Assembly: GCA_010015585.1 (NCBI GenBank)
Contig: ML975155.1
Length of the DNA: 64,000 nucleotides
DNA from: Eremomyces bilateralis CBS 781.70
Lineage: Eukaryota
Reading direction: 5' to 3' (one strand)
The translations under genes were made by a program, and so were the position numbers. Shown one piece after another: positions 24,215 to 37,800 of the stretch. The notes beneath the pieces were generated by a model. That model searched no databases, was not told the origin of the DNA, and saw only the letters and a program-made list of their open reading frames with translations. Positions within the stretch are counted from its first letter, which is position 1. Each line of letters starts with the position of its first letter.

Positions 24215-26195
24215 ATGCATAGAATCCGTAGCTATGCTCGCACGGTATGTTTACCTCCCGTAATACGATGCGGCAATGCTGCAATCAGGAGGAGCGCCGT
24301 CAATCCTTTGAGGCGTCGTCCATACAGTTCCTACATCTCCGCTGCGGACCTTCAGTTTGGCCAGCCATTGCATGAGACCCATCCTCATCTTCTCCAACTG
24401 GGTGAACGTATGGACATGACCTATACTGTCAATTGTATTTGATCCCCCAGAACTGACCCTGACCCTGATCCAGTCACCCCCGGCATTTCCGCCCTCGAAT
24501 ATGCCCAACGTCGAGCGAAGCTTGCGGCTATCCTCCCAAAGGGCGCCGTCGCCATCATTCCCTCTGCCGACGTAAAATACCGTTCGGGGGCCGTCTTCTA
24601 CGAATTCCACCAAGATCCCGACTTTTACTATCTCACCGGTAGCGCATCCGATCGCACGTCACATGGGCAAGAACTGACGGTATTCAAGGGTTCAACGAGC
24701 CGGAGTCGCTGGCAATCATAGGTACTGCGCATCCTACACCTCGGGGAACGGATATGGACAGATTCTGAAACTGCGTAGAAAAGACCGGAGACGGCGCGGA
24801 ACATAACTTCCATCTCTATGTGAGGCCGAAGGACCCCCGATCCGAGTTGTGGGAAGGGGCGCGGTCGGGGATCGAAGCGGCGCAGGATGTGTTCAATGCG
24901 GACGAGGTACGAGCGGATATAAGTTCGAGCGAATGGATTTAACTAAACGATCAAAGAGCGGCGACATCGATGGGGTGGGCAAGTTCCTTCCTGCCATGAT
25001 CAAGTCGGCGACATGCGTCTATACGGACTTACCGAAGTCCATTGAGCCACGCACCCGATTCTCGAAGTATCTGAGCGGTTGGAAACGAAATCACGGTGCG
25101 GTATTTGATGGAGCGTTATCTCAAAATGCCTCGGGCGTTAGCCCATTACGACCGCACCTGAGCAAGCTGAGAGTATTTAAGAGTGAGGCGGAGATTGAAC
25201 TGATGAGAAAAGTTGGAAAGCAATCGGGGCGTGCCATCACCGAAGCGATGAGGCAGTCGTTCAGTGGCGAGAAATCCCTTTGGTCGTTTTTGGAGTATCA
25301 ATTCCAATCGAATGGTCTGGATGGGGCTGCTTATGTTCCTGTTGTTGCCGGCGGCCAGGTATAGTCCTCGAGCAAAGCATCAAATCTTTGACTGACCGGG
25401 TTCTAGAATGGGTTGAGTATACATTATGTTCGGAACGATGATGTTTTTAGCGGTGATGAACTTGTCCTCGTTGACGCTGGCGGTGTAAGTGCTGATAGAG
25501 AAATCTATATGGAGTCGATGGAACTGACGATTGCAGAAATACGGGAACTACATTACAGATATCACCCGCACCTGGCCGGTGAATGGGAAGTTCTCTGCAG
25601 CACAACGCGATCTGTACGAAGTGGTTCTTCGAACACAGCGGACATGCGTGTCCCTATGCCGTGCAAACGCAGAATTGTCATTGGATAGACTACATCGCAT
25701 CGCGGAGGAGTCGCTCATGGATGGTCTCCAGCAATTAGGCTTCAATCTCAAGGGCAACGTAAGTCTCACGTTCCCCTACCTCTTGTGAACATCGCTGAAT
25801 CTCCTTGAATCTAGGCCAAGGAAACCCTGTTTCCGCACCACCTTGGCCATTACATTGGGCTGGACGTTCATGACTCTCCCGGATACCTACGAAACGCTCC
25901 GCTCCAACCATCACAATGTGTAACCATCGAACCGTAAGTTGCAATCTATTGTGAGGCCATGACGAGATTCTTACCTGACGTGTAGGGGGATATATGTCCC
26001 CGACGACGAGCGATGGCCGGAGGCATTCCGGGGAATAGGCATCCGGATCGAGGACAGCATTTGTGTGCAGGAAGAGCATCCGTATGTATTGACAACGGAA
26101 GCCGTGAAGGAGGTAAGTTATTGCGAATTTCTAATGCTTTCTTTGAGCCTCTTGCTAACTGGTTGAAGGTGGTCGATATCGAGGCGTTGAGATGA
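24215..26195 (+). CDS. ICP55: Mitochondrial Xaa-Pro aminopeptidase / intermediate cleaving peptidase Icp55
   Basis: Arg-rich presequence, FGQPLHETHPHLL, M24 motifs (VDAGG, YITDITRTWP, HHLGHYIGLDVHD, TIEP, GIRIED); about 8 introns. Confidence 0.88.
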
Positions 26196-27048
26196 TGGAA
26201 ATGGGGGGTTATGGCGGACTGCCGTCGGCTGGGTTGTACTTGGATCTAATCTTGCATACTACAGGAGGGAGTCACCGCATGATGTTGAGCATATGTACAA
26301 TATTGTAGCCAATTCATCCCTGAGAATGATAATGCGATCAAACATGGTCATTCCGTTTGCTGTCAACCATTAGAACCACTTCCCCGCGTCGCCTTAGGAA
26401 GGATCAACAGCATAGGCCATGATAATCACCATTTATGTCAGTTTGTCAAGGTAGGATTCCCTCAAAAGGGGAAATTATCAGACTTCAAGGAAACGAGATG
26501 ATACTTCGGCCGAAATTCATCTTGACTGAACTGTTGAGCCGAGTTCACATGTTGTGAAGGGAATGGGCGTTTGTATGCGGTTTGGTGAATTGAAGCGGGC
26601 GGTGGTTGCTGAGGGTACGTACTGCAGCTTCGGCCAATCAGCGCCCAGGAGTTTTCCCAATGTTTGCCCGAGAGCCCCGACCAGCAACAACTGCAACATC
26701 AACCACCAACCTCCAACCTCCAACAAAACACGAGAATCTCTACACCAATTTCCAGCTCTCCTCCACCCTCCCCTTCAACGTCCATTCTAATTCAAGGTGG
26801 AGATCTCCATTCTGTGATATTCATTTACTTCGACCCAATGCAATCTCACTCCCCATCATGACTCCAGCCTCTCGCTGACCAGGTTTCTGCGCGACTTGAT
26901 TCCTCCCACACGTCGCGTGTGCCCGACCTAACCTGGTCCCTTGCACCTTCCCTGCCCCTCCAACCTTCCTCGACTTTGATATATTCCTCAACCACCACAC
27001 TTCCCGCACTTCCCCCTCTCTGCTCTTCATTCTGAGGGCCAGAGTCGG

Positions 27049-29236
27049 ATGGCTGCTATCGATTCCTTTCATTCATCACATCAACCGTCCATCACCATGG
27101 CAAATCGACGAGTGCCGCTCGCACAAGTCCCCAATGCTGTCAATTCACCGCTGAGGCACAACACTCTGTCAACCACTGCTCCCAAGCGATCTCGCTCGCA
27201 GGCTGTCGATGCCAAAGAGTCCTTCTTTGGCCAGCAGCCACCTGCAAAGAAGCAGATAATTGAGGTCACCGACCCGGAAGCACGTCGAGGAGCTCTGCCC
27301 CGACGGACCAACGCGAGCCAACCCACGGAGCTTCAACTCAAGTTCGAGGCGGTGCGAGATGCAAAGGCTTCCGCCCGGAATAAACCCACTCAACAACCCG
27401 TGGACAGCAATCTGGAGCATATCAGGACCTGGCAACGACATTACAAGCGGGCATTTCCCCAATATACATTCTATTTCGACAATGTCCCCGACGATGTGAA
27501 ACCCAAAATTTCCAAGCAACTACGCGTATTAGGGGCGGTATGAATGAGTTTCTATCAACGTATCTTCGCTCCTGCTAATGTAACATAGCGCGAAGAGAAG
27601 TTCTTCTCTAAGTCAATCACCCATGTCGTCACGACGCGTCCCATTCCCCCAGAGTACAAGTCATCGAGCTCCGCAAATGGACGACCTCCATCCTCGCATG
27701 GGAAAGACCAGAGTATGGCCAACGGCCAACCGCAAACTATCAATCCATCCTTACTGGAGCGTACCCAAGGCGAGAAGTCCCAGAAGGGCAAATTCAACTT
27801 CGACGCACCTATGACGCGGGCTGCTCATGCAACAGCGCAGAGGTACGTTCTATGATACTATCTATGGTGATCGTAGCTAAATTGCCTCAGCTTGTTCCAA
27901 GATGTCGAGACACGCAAGCAATACGGCCATTCAGCGGACATCCTCCACAAGGCCAGGGAGATGGGGATGAAGATCTGGGCTTTGGAGAAGTTGCAACGTA
28001 TGATGACGACCATGTTCGAGACCGACACTGGCGAACAACCCAATCTGCCGGTCCTCGACCGGGCTGGGAAAGATGCCAATCTGCAGCAATTGCTCCAGAA
28101 GGAGAAAATTACCGGACCAGCAAATGTGTCCCTAGCTTCGCAGGAAATGGTCACTTTCAGTGGATACTACATCTACGTACACGACCAGGACGAAAAGACC
28201 AAACCCATCATGATACGGGACTATCAAAAACCCGACGATGGTCCGGGGAATTGGCCCCAGCTTCATGCTTCCTCGGCAGGGCGATGTCCATTCATTGAAG
28301 ATCCTGACAGGCATGCTAGGAAGTACGCTCGTGAGAGGCAGGCTTCTCCTCGTCGAAAACCTGTGTCTTTCGCACCCACTGCCGCAAAGACTCGTTCTGC
28401 CATTCCACGGGCTAGAGATGATCGATCTCGATCTCGACTGGCGGACCCGGAACGTCGCCCGCTTGCTGAGAATAACAGCACTAATGTAGTACGCTATGAC
28501 AGCACCCTCGCCGGCCACACCGAGAAGTCTCCTGCCAAGCCATCAGATCCGTCGATGGCCCCACCCAAGAAAGGTACCGTGGATGGGATTGCACCTCTCT
28601 TCGGTAGTGCCCAACTCAAGATGCGTATGCCTCCTCGCGTCGTCGGTGGAGAGCCAGTCGCTTCTGGAATCCAGCCATCCCACATAACCTCGGCGATTCG
28701 CTCGCAGATGATCTCCTCCACCGCCGCTGGCACAGGCGTTCGCGCAGGAACCAGCCGGGAAGTCCACCAACTGCAGAGGAAAGTCCTCGAACGCAACAGC
28801 GTTGCTTCAGGGAGCGGCAGTGTGCCTTCGTCCTACCTCAACGACGTTCGCGCTGCCATCAACACGGGCCTCCGAGACGCTCCGCCTCGGGCAGCCAAGC
28901 TCAAAGCACAGGAGACTTTAGGCTACATCCATGAGGATATGACACCGTCCGAGGAGCGGACCCGGAAGTTGAAGAAGACGGTCATTCGAAAGAGGAAGGC
29001 GGAGAAGGAAGCGAAGCCTGGGTACTGTGAGAATTGTCGGGAGAAGTTCGCCGACTTTGATCAGGTATGGCAGCCAGAATTGTACTCGTATGTGTGCCTT
29101 GCTAACCTGTCCAAAGCATTGCCTTTCTCGCAAACACCGCAAATTCGCTTCCACTATCGAGAACTGGACGGAGCTGGACGATCTTTTGTCCCAACTAGAG
29201 CGTCCGGTTCGCGGAGAGATGATGGTCTGCGATTAG
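27049..29236 (+). CDS. DBF4: Cdc7 regulatory subunit Dbf4/NimO/Dfp1
   Basis: Motif N (WQRHYKRAFPQYTFYFD), motif M (YIYVHDQDEKTKPIMIRDY..WPQL..GRCPF) and motif C zinc finger (KPGYCENCREKF..H.LSRKHRKF). Start at 27049 or 27097. Confidence 0.9.
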
Positions 29237-30141
29237 TTCAGAGGCAACACGCAGCATGCATGGCTGCTCATTTCGATGATACATGGAGCGAACTGAAAAG
29301 CCTTTGATCACGATTACGGCGACCATCTTTGTCAGGTATTCACTTCCACTACACGAGTTTCTTCTTCGTCTATCGTCTTGTACGCATATGGAGGCCGTTC
29401 GACACGATGACCACGCTCATCCACTTGTCACGTATCTTTCTGCTGTTACGTTCCGGGGTCCGGGAGCATGGTTTGGTGATGTACTTTTTTACGGATACGG
29501 ATAGGACACGGTCAAATCCAGTGCAGCATTTCCATGGGGCTCTCATGCATGGTACCTTAGCTTGTCGGTCTCATTAGCATGGCGCAGCGCTTTTATGTAC
29601 GGTGTAGGTTTAGCGTTGCATAGCTTTTCTGGAAATAGGACAATGGAAATATTCTTTGGGTATGAATCATCTCGGAAAATTTAAAGTTGAAGTTGTTTTT
29701 GCTCGTGTATCAACATTGATGTCACTTCGTCTATTGGTCTCAAACGACTATAATGCCACGCTGCAGTTTGAAGTTGCCCCACCAAGATCTCTCAGCACGA
29801 GAGCACTCGTCCGCATCCAACATGTAATTATATCCATCTGTCGTTTGGACAACCTTTGGAATCATAAACGTACCAAATGCCCCGAAGGTCACAAGCAAGT
29901 CTTAAACTCCAGTCATCGACCATGCAAACGAATAAAGTGTCCCTAAAGAACCATCCTGCTCCTTTCCTCCCGCCCCTCCCCACTCCATTGTCTCCCTCCA
30001 TCTGAATCACCCATACCTATCCACCCACCAGGCCCCAACTTCGTCCCATCAGCCCTCTCAACCTCCCAGCCCCGACTCTCAAAAACCCACCTACCGCCCA
30101 AACCTCCCCTCATATCCTCACCCCCATTCCTTCCCCGCAAA

Positions 30142-30840
30142 ATGGCCACCCCCGCCCCGCCCGTCCCCCCGGGCTACGATCCATCCACGCCCCCCTCTGA
30201 CGAGGAGAAAGAGGCGGAGATGCCGCTCACCATGGCCGCGTCGGTCGTGCTAGACGCGCTACCGCGCGATGCGGCAGCGGCGCTGGAGGGAGCGGTGGAT
30301 ACGACGTTGGAGAAAGGTGCGTAGATTCTGTTTCTAGATGGGAGAGGTGGTGTGCTTGAACCCCCCTATCCACTGCCGATATATATATTGTCTTAACTTC
30401 CGGTTCACAAAACCGGGAATTGAACCCGTTCTTCAGCGGTCTCCCCTAATTCAGCCCCTCTGCATTCTATCTAACATCCCCGCCAATGCAGTCACCGTGC
30501 GCCTCCAACCCGTCGGCTCGGCGCCGATCCTCCGGCAGCGCGTGTTCAAGATCGCAGCGTCGAAGAAGTTCGAGACGGTGATCCGGTCGCTGCGGAAGAA
30601 GCTGTCGCTGAAGGAGTCGGAGAGCGTATTCTGCTACGTGAACTCGGTGTTCTCGCCCAGTCCGGAGGAGGGCGTGGGGAACTTGTGGAATGTACGCCTC
30701 TTCTTCGCTCTTGTCAATTGAGTTTGTTTATTCTTTCCTGCTTTTGCTGTTTTGGAAGGGTAAAGGTTGACGGAGCGCAGTGCTTTAAGGTGAAGGATGA
30801 GTTGGTGGTGTGCTATTCGGTGGCGCCGGCGTTTGGTTGA
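30142..30840 (+). CDS. ATG12: Ubiquitin-like autophagy protein Atg12
   Basis: Three exons. [32 protein letters not shown], and C-terminal YSVAPAFG*. Confidence 0.93.
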
Positions 30841-31169
30841 CGATTGGGAAGAGGGGATAGCATTGAGATGGCGTACGTTACGACGGGACGGGCACATGAA
30901 GGATTTTTTGGCGAACAAGGAGCATATGAACATTCAAAGCTAGCCTCATCGAATAGAGCAAGTCGTCAGAAACGCGATATAATATTGTGCCGCCAATATG
31001 GGCGCCAGCTAAAACTGTAGTTTGGTCCCTGCCATCTAAAAACACCCCGAGCAGTCACTTAGCATCACCCATCTCAATTCGCATTGGTGGAAATTGAGAA
31101 TTGCAAAGCTGGACACAGATACCGCACCTTGGAGACTCTCATCCAAGGCCACGAAGGCTCCCGTCCCCC

Positions 31170-32266
31170 TCACTCCTTCCCCACCCCCTCCGCCAACCGT
31201 TCAAACTCGGCAAAGTCCTCCTTCGCCATCGGATACTCATGCTCCGTTGCCGGATACGCCCGACTCTTCACCTCCTCCCGATACGACTCAATCGCCCTCG
31301 ATGCCTCCCCCCACAGATCCCCATACCGCTTCACAAACTTCGGCAAGTGTCTCCCCGGCGGAAAATTCCCCGTCATATCCACCTGCACCAGCACCTGCCC
31401 CGAACATCCGTTCCCCGCGCCGATTCCAATCGTCGGGATCCGCAGCGCCCGCGTCACGTACGCCGCCACCTCCGCAGGCACGGCCTCGAGCACGACGCCG
31501 AACGCGCCAGCGGCCTGCACGGTGCGGGCGTCGTGGAGGAGGCGCAGGGCGCTGGCGGCGGACTTGCCCTGCACGCGGAAGCCGCCGAGGGCATTTTGGC
31601 GCTGCGGAGTGAGGCCGATGTGGGCGAGGACGGGGATGCCGGCGCGGGTGATATGGGCGATGGCGTCGGACATGACGGCACCGCCTTCGAGCTTGACGGC
31701 GTGGATCCGGCCTTGTTTGATGAGGCGGATGGCGGAGGTGACGGCTTGGGTGGGGGAGATTTCGTAGCTGCCCATAGGCATGTCGCCGACCTGGGAGGGT
31801 TAGGGGGGTAGAGGAGTGGGATGGGGGGGAGACATACGATGAAGCAGGACTTGGAGGCACGAGCTACGGAGCGGCAGTGGAGGATCATCTCTTCGAGGAG
31901 GACTTCGCTGGTGTCCTCCATGCCTAGGGCAACCATGGCAAGGCTATCACCCACGAGGATCATGTCCATTCCCGCGTGGTCGGCGACATGTGCGCTTGGG
32001 AAGTCGTGTGCGGTGATCATGGTGATGGGTTCCCTCTTCTTATATAGGTTCTGGAGGGTGTTGAGAGTGACCTTCTTCCTCGAAATGGCCGGAGGTGAGC
32101 CCAATGGCGAATGTGAGCTCCATCGATTCTGGGCTGCAGGCGACGATGCGGCCAATGCTATGCGAGGTTGTAAGAACTGGGAGTTAAGGACGTTGTTATG
32201 TCCCTGAAGACCCCTGTTTAAGGCACGCGACAGTGAGGGTGCAGCCACACAAGTTCGTGTAGACAT
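31170..32266 (-). CDS. panB: 3-methyl-2-oxobutanoate hydroxymethyltransferase, mitochondrial (PanB/Ecm31)
   Basis: ITMITAHD, ILVGDSLAMV, GDMPMGSY, VKLEGG, HIGLTPQ, TIGIGAG. Intron 31791-31837. Confidence 0.95.
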
Positions 32267-33728
32267 GTTGAAATGGGTTTCGAGGGGTGGAGGGATGAAA
32301 AGGAGAGAAAATCGAATGGATCTATTAAATCCATTGTTGCGGGCGGCATTGCAGCGGCAGGCATTTTATGGAGGTGACCGTGATGGAATTTGCATTGTAC
32401 AAAAGAGAATGAAGGTTGAAAGACGGAGCTGGAGGGAGTCGCCTCGGCGACATCGGTTAAATCATCATGATTCGTCCAACGCCCATTTCACCGCTCGACT
32501 TGCTAGTAGAGGATCATACACATGATGATTATTGTTCAAGACTGGCTTTCGCTTTGGGTTCTCTAGGAACGGGCACTCCGAGGTTGAGATGGGAGATGTC
32601 GCCGTAAGAGGCCAGACTTGGTGTTAACAGCAAGGGGACAATGGACAGGGAACACCAGCGAGATCGCATTCCTCTTTTATAATTATGCGCCCTATTGTTC
32701 TTGTCCGGCGATCGCCACGGTTTTCCAAAGAGTTCACAACTAGGACAATAGTAATCAGGCCAATCTTTCTCGGATATGGGTTCTTGCCACGTCAATTCAC
32801 CGTGAAGTTGGTGACGATATCTGGGCATACCCCGCCGAGGAAAGTCGGCATCGGATGGATAACCATCAAGGTCTCCTGCGAAAATCCACGGCTTTGACTT
32901 AGTTAGTCTCTGGCGTGGTTTGTTGGGTAAGACAGTTCCGGAGCCAGGAGGGGTTCATCAAAGAAATTAAAAATCCTATGAAAAAGGAAATGTGCATAGA
33001 CAGAGAAACTTAGAAGACTTACCAGTCACCTACGTCCACCTGGCATCGCGGGAGTGAAGCCCGTGCAATTCCAGTGACTCCGTTGACACCATCCACGTAT
33101 TCTGGGAAGAATTCATTATTACCGTATCCGGTTGGCGTTGGCGGGGTTGACTAGTTACTGGCCATGAGGTCACGCAGTCACGCTGCACTTTTGGACCAAT
33201 ATCTTAGTTACTCGTCACTCAGACACTCCTTCAACCACCAATCGTACAAGGCATCTCGCTCGTGCTACTGGAGTCGGTACGTACCGTGATTGTACTATCC
33301 TTATCCCAAAGACTCCTCCTCTTCCACTTTTCTTTTCTTTCTTTACCTACCACCGCACCTTAAGTACATATCCATCGTTGCCCTGATCAACTCCCTAGGT
33401 ACTCACCTACTGTCCGTGTCAGCTTTGTTCCGTCACCACCAGATTCATCCTTCGCTTCACGGCCGCTTCCCCGGATCGCAACTCCCAAGGCAATCTCCAC
33501 CTCCGTCAGACCACCACCCCGCCGATATCGACCACCGCTGCCAACCGATCGCTTGTAAATACCAACATTCGCTCGGATTTCCATTCTGCAGAAGCTTGTT
33601 ACCCTCTGCACTGAAGCATTTGTTAAGAGAAAGGGGACCAGTCCCGTATTCTTGCTGCGTCCCCTCCGCAGTTCCACGGACCCCCGCCGCCACCCCGTAT
33701 ATCGGAGCGAAAGCAAACAACCTACAAG

Positions 33729-34829
33729 ATGAGCAGTCCAAAGAGGAGAATTGAGACAGATGTACGTAGTTTGGTGCGAGATATTTTCGTTCCATATGCA
33801 GAAAGCTGACAATCATGTCTTTGTTCTTATTCAGGTCATGAAGTACGTTTATACACCTAGAGAGTTGCCAGAGGTCCAAATTAACCCGGTCGCAGGATGT
33901 ACGCACAATTATAGCACCACAACACGCGCTAGGGTATATACTAGAGGCGCATGGTCTAACTTTCATGATGTTATAGGTTGATGAGCGATTATGAGGTGAC
34001 ACTGGTGAACGACAACAGTATGTCCCTTACTATTGTTCATGGCAAACCCCCAGCAGACTAACATGTCATAGTGTACGTGCGAGCAGTCGGTCGACCACAA
34101 TGTTTATAGGACTCACGGTGTGACAGGCAAGAATTCTATGTCCGGTTCAAGGGGCCAAAAGAGAGTATGTGGCAAGAAACCTCCCTTACCCCAACTCGAC
34201 ATGCTAATCTTCCCCCACAGCACCATTCGAAGGCGGCCTCTGGAAGATACATGTTGAACTACCGGATCAATACCCCTACAAGAGTCCAAGTATTGGATTC
34301 GTGAACCGGATATTCCATCCCAACATCGATGAGTTGTATGGTCATGCCCTCCCAGAGTATTCTTTGGGGAATCTGTCCTCAATCTTTGCGTTCTTCCTCC
34401 CCTGTGAGCACAAAACTAACGGCATGTTCTCCGCCCAGATCCGGCTCCGTCTGCCTGGACGTTATCAACCAGACATGGTCTCCCATGTACGACATGATCA
34501 ACATCTTCGAAGTCTTCCTCCCCCAGCTCCTTCGTTACCCGAACCCAACCGACCCCCTAAACGGAGAAGCCGCGGCGTTGATGATGCGGGAACCCAAATC
34601 ATACGAGGCGAAGGTGAAGGGTAAGTGGGATGCTGCCTCCCGGTGTTAGCCGTGTTGACGGATTTCGGATCGTCCTGCTGACATTCCTGCAGAATACGTC
34701 CTCAAATACGCCTCGAGGGAAGCCGCTGATGACGCGGGCGAGGACAGCGAGGAAGAGGAAGAGATGAGTTCGGTTGGTAGCTACGAGTCCGGAGACGACG
34801 AGGAACCGGCCGGCAACATGGAGGTGTAG
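33729..34829 (+). CDS. UBC8: Ubiquitin-conjugating enzyme Ubc8 (UBE2H), 9 exons including 8-, 3- and 1-nt microexons
   Basis: Exons 33729-33761, 33835-33842, 33896-33898, 33977-34017, 34072, 34127-34164, 34221-34335, 34439-34620, 34693-34829 give [56 protein letters not shown].. plus an acidic tail. Confidence 0.93.
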
Positions 34830-37800
34830 AACGCGGCCTCGAAATTACGATGCACATTTCACAACGGTCCCATCCTCATTTTTTCCTTCCATTCGGCCAC
34901 TGCGCGTTATTTCCTCGTCCTCGGTGCTTGTTGGCGTATTTGAACCGCCGTGGCGAGGGACTACGATATCATCACATCAGCGGCGTACATGGCACCTGGG
35001 ACAACTGCTTTCCGTGAAGGGGTTTTCTCAGCACGATCACGTTCCGTCCTTTTTCTCCTTATGTTATTCGGTGACCGTGCGAGGGGTGATATGCGAGGGT
35101 GAATAGAGGGTGAATTGAAGTTGTTGAGGCTGAGTGGCCCGGGTGAGGAGTGCTGACATAGTGATGGGAATACGGGCCAGGAAGACATGTAATTGATCGA
35201 CCCAGCAGTACGGACGGTACATAGATCTGACAGGAATCAATACCACTTCATCTTCAGATGGTCTTTCGCTTCGTATTCGGACCCCGTGAAACCAATAGCT
35301 CTGCAAACGGCCGTTACATCCCGACGCTCCTGAGTCGACCCCCTTTTCTCTGCTGGAAGCAGTCTCTCCTTTTGTCTCTCCTTTTGCAGGCTGCAGCAGC
35401 TGTTTGGATCAGGACTCCAGAATGGGTTCGGTGCCTGCGGAGTTCGGCCCAACCATGAAGATGCCAAGAAGGCATTGAAGCAGCAGCGCAAGGTTCCTCA
35501 TCGTTTGGGAAGTTCCGGTATTAGGCCACGCAATCCGCATGAACCAGGGCTCGAGAATAACGAGATGCATGCCTGATGCAACCCATCCATCTGCAGTTTT
35601 TATCAAAGGTCCTCGTACGCCGGAACCTACCGGTGCCTACGTAAAAGGAGCATCCGTTTCGAGGTCGCGTTCGCGGATACCATGGAGATGAAGAAGGGCC
35701 GATGGCTACTCTATATCTACATTTTTCTCGACTGCTTGGCGTCTTGGCCATGCTGAGGGTTGCTCCATCCAGCCCTCATGAAACAGCAAGGTCGCGTAGA
35801 TATTATTTCGTACATCGTGCAGGGTTGCCACGTTCACCCCTTGCTCCACGGCGGCCAGGAAGGTGAGGGTAGAGGACAATTCACTATTGCTTACGACGAA
35901 AGACGATAATATCGATCGCAGTTTCAGAGATTGGTGTTCGATCTTGGGTTCCTGCGGACGATGCTCAACGAATATTGCAGTGTGGAGTTGTCAATTCCCT
36001 TCAATTTCTTGTGATACAGGATACTATGAGCAACTCGGTGGTTCGCAATCTGCGACGTGAAAGACGAGCATGATCCACGATCGAGATCAGAGCTTCTTGC
36101 CCATGTATCCGGTACCGAGATTTGATATGCACTCGTGGGCGTTGATCGTTGGATCGACTTCAGGGTCGATCTGCACGCGAAGTTTCAAGAGGCGATATAT
36201 ATTGATTATTAGCACTCACGGCATCAACAATTCCAACCTCCAACGTCCAAGAGATCAAACGATTCCCTGCGAGTTGCGACGGAGTCCAGATTAGAACCAT
36301 GAGATCTTCGACTCTCGGTTGGAAGCGAGATGCATTTCGGTTGCCATGCTCAAGGCTGAGATTGTGAGACATATCCACTGTTCAGACAAGCGGCATTCAG
36401 GGGTCACACCCTCGTTCAGAATTCATTACTTCATTCGCGCTCCCTGGCCACTTTAAAACACGGGATGACGGGATGAACGGGTCGGCAAGGAGACACAGGC
36501 CGAATGCGGAATGAGGACTGACTGAACACTGGAGAACAGAAGAAAACATGAGGAAGCTCTGGAGACTTCGACGCTTTTTCTAGAAGTCCCCATGGCACAC
36601 ATGACACATGGGTCTAGCCATCCGTCCGACAGCCTAGGGTGCAACTTGACTCATATACAACGAGCCTATGTATTCCCCACGGCCACGAATTCACGATGGA
36701 AGAGAAGTTACTCCGTAGAGAACGCATGAAAATTGACAAGGCATGGCCAAACCATCGGAGTCGTATAAAAGTCTAAAACTGCAACGCACAATATCTTTAA
36801 TGCATGCAGGCTGAGCGAGCTTTCAATCGTCTACCAAGTCTAATCCAACCTCCTCAGTACGATATCCCAATACCGGGGTTCCTGGGTTTCTTCTAATCCA
36901 ACCCGGCAGCAATCCTCCTCTTGGGCCTTGGCTCATTGCCATAGAAATTCCTCTAATACGTAGCGGTCTAGCATTATCATCATCGTCAGGTATGAAACCA
37001 CGAATGTCCGCCGTAGCCGTTCGCCTGATGCGCACGATGCCTAGCATCGGCGTAGCATCCAAATCGGTGCAGTCGACCGCGGTAGGCGCGTCGGCAGGGA
37101 GATTCTCGACTCCATCTTCAGTCCGGAAAGGCTAGGGGTTCCGCACGTTCCAGGGGGATCGAGACAGGGTTGCCGGGGCCATTCGCCCTTATTCACCATC
37201 GGTCACCCTGAACTGCTGGAGGCTGAGGCCAGAAAGGGATGATACAGTTTGCTCGGCTTGTGATATCGGACCGACGAATATCAAATGGTGGCTTGAACAG
37301 GCAATGTCCTGTAACGGACGGAAGGAGAAGTACTCCATTGCTGCGTCCATGGAAGAAAGCTAAGAGAGAACGCCAGGTTCAGGTCCAGTGTCCACAGATC
37401 GGTAGTTACTCGGTTCAGTTTTAGCCTTCGCCTTGAATCCCGTATTATTCTTGCCCATTGGCGACAACGTGGAAAACGTGGGTGGTGCCGGGAAGGATTC
37501 GTTACATGCAGCAGGGCGAGCCAATACAGAGGACTTAGCATTGGCCTGACTACAAGGGCCACGCCGTAGCGTGACCGTATCCAATCCGGATCCTAATGTG
37601 AGAACGCGAGAAGCTGTGACTGACCTTGATCGACAGTAGCGGGCGTTTGATCACTTGGATGTTCTTGGATGCGTGTCCAATTGCCCATCTATCTGTGGCA
37701 TAAGAGGGTCATTTGCTGGGGCTCCTTCGGATTCTTGGACACTGGAATTGGTATCTCTATTGCATCTTACCAACTCTCCTAAAGAGTCGAGAAACCCGAC

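Noticed and set aside
30405..30480. tRNA gene on the minus strand in the ATG12 intron
   Set aside because: Only a T-arm/B-box-like piece is present; no acceptor stem or D arm can be folded.
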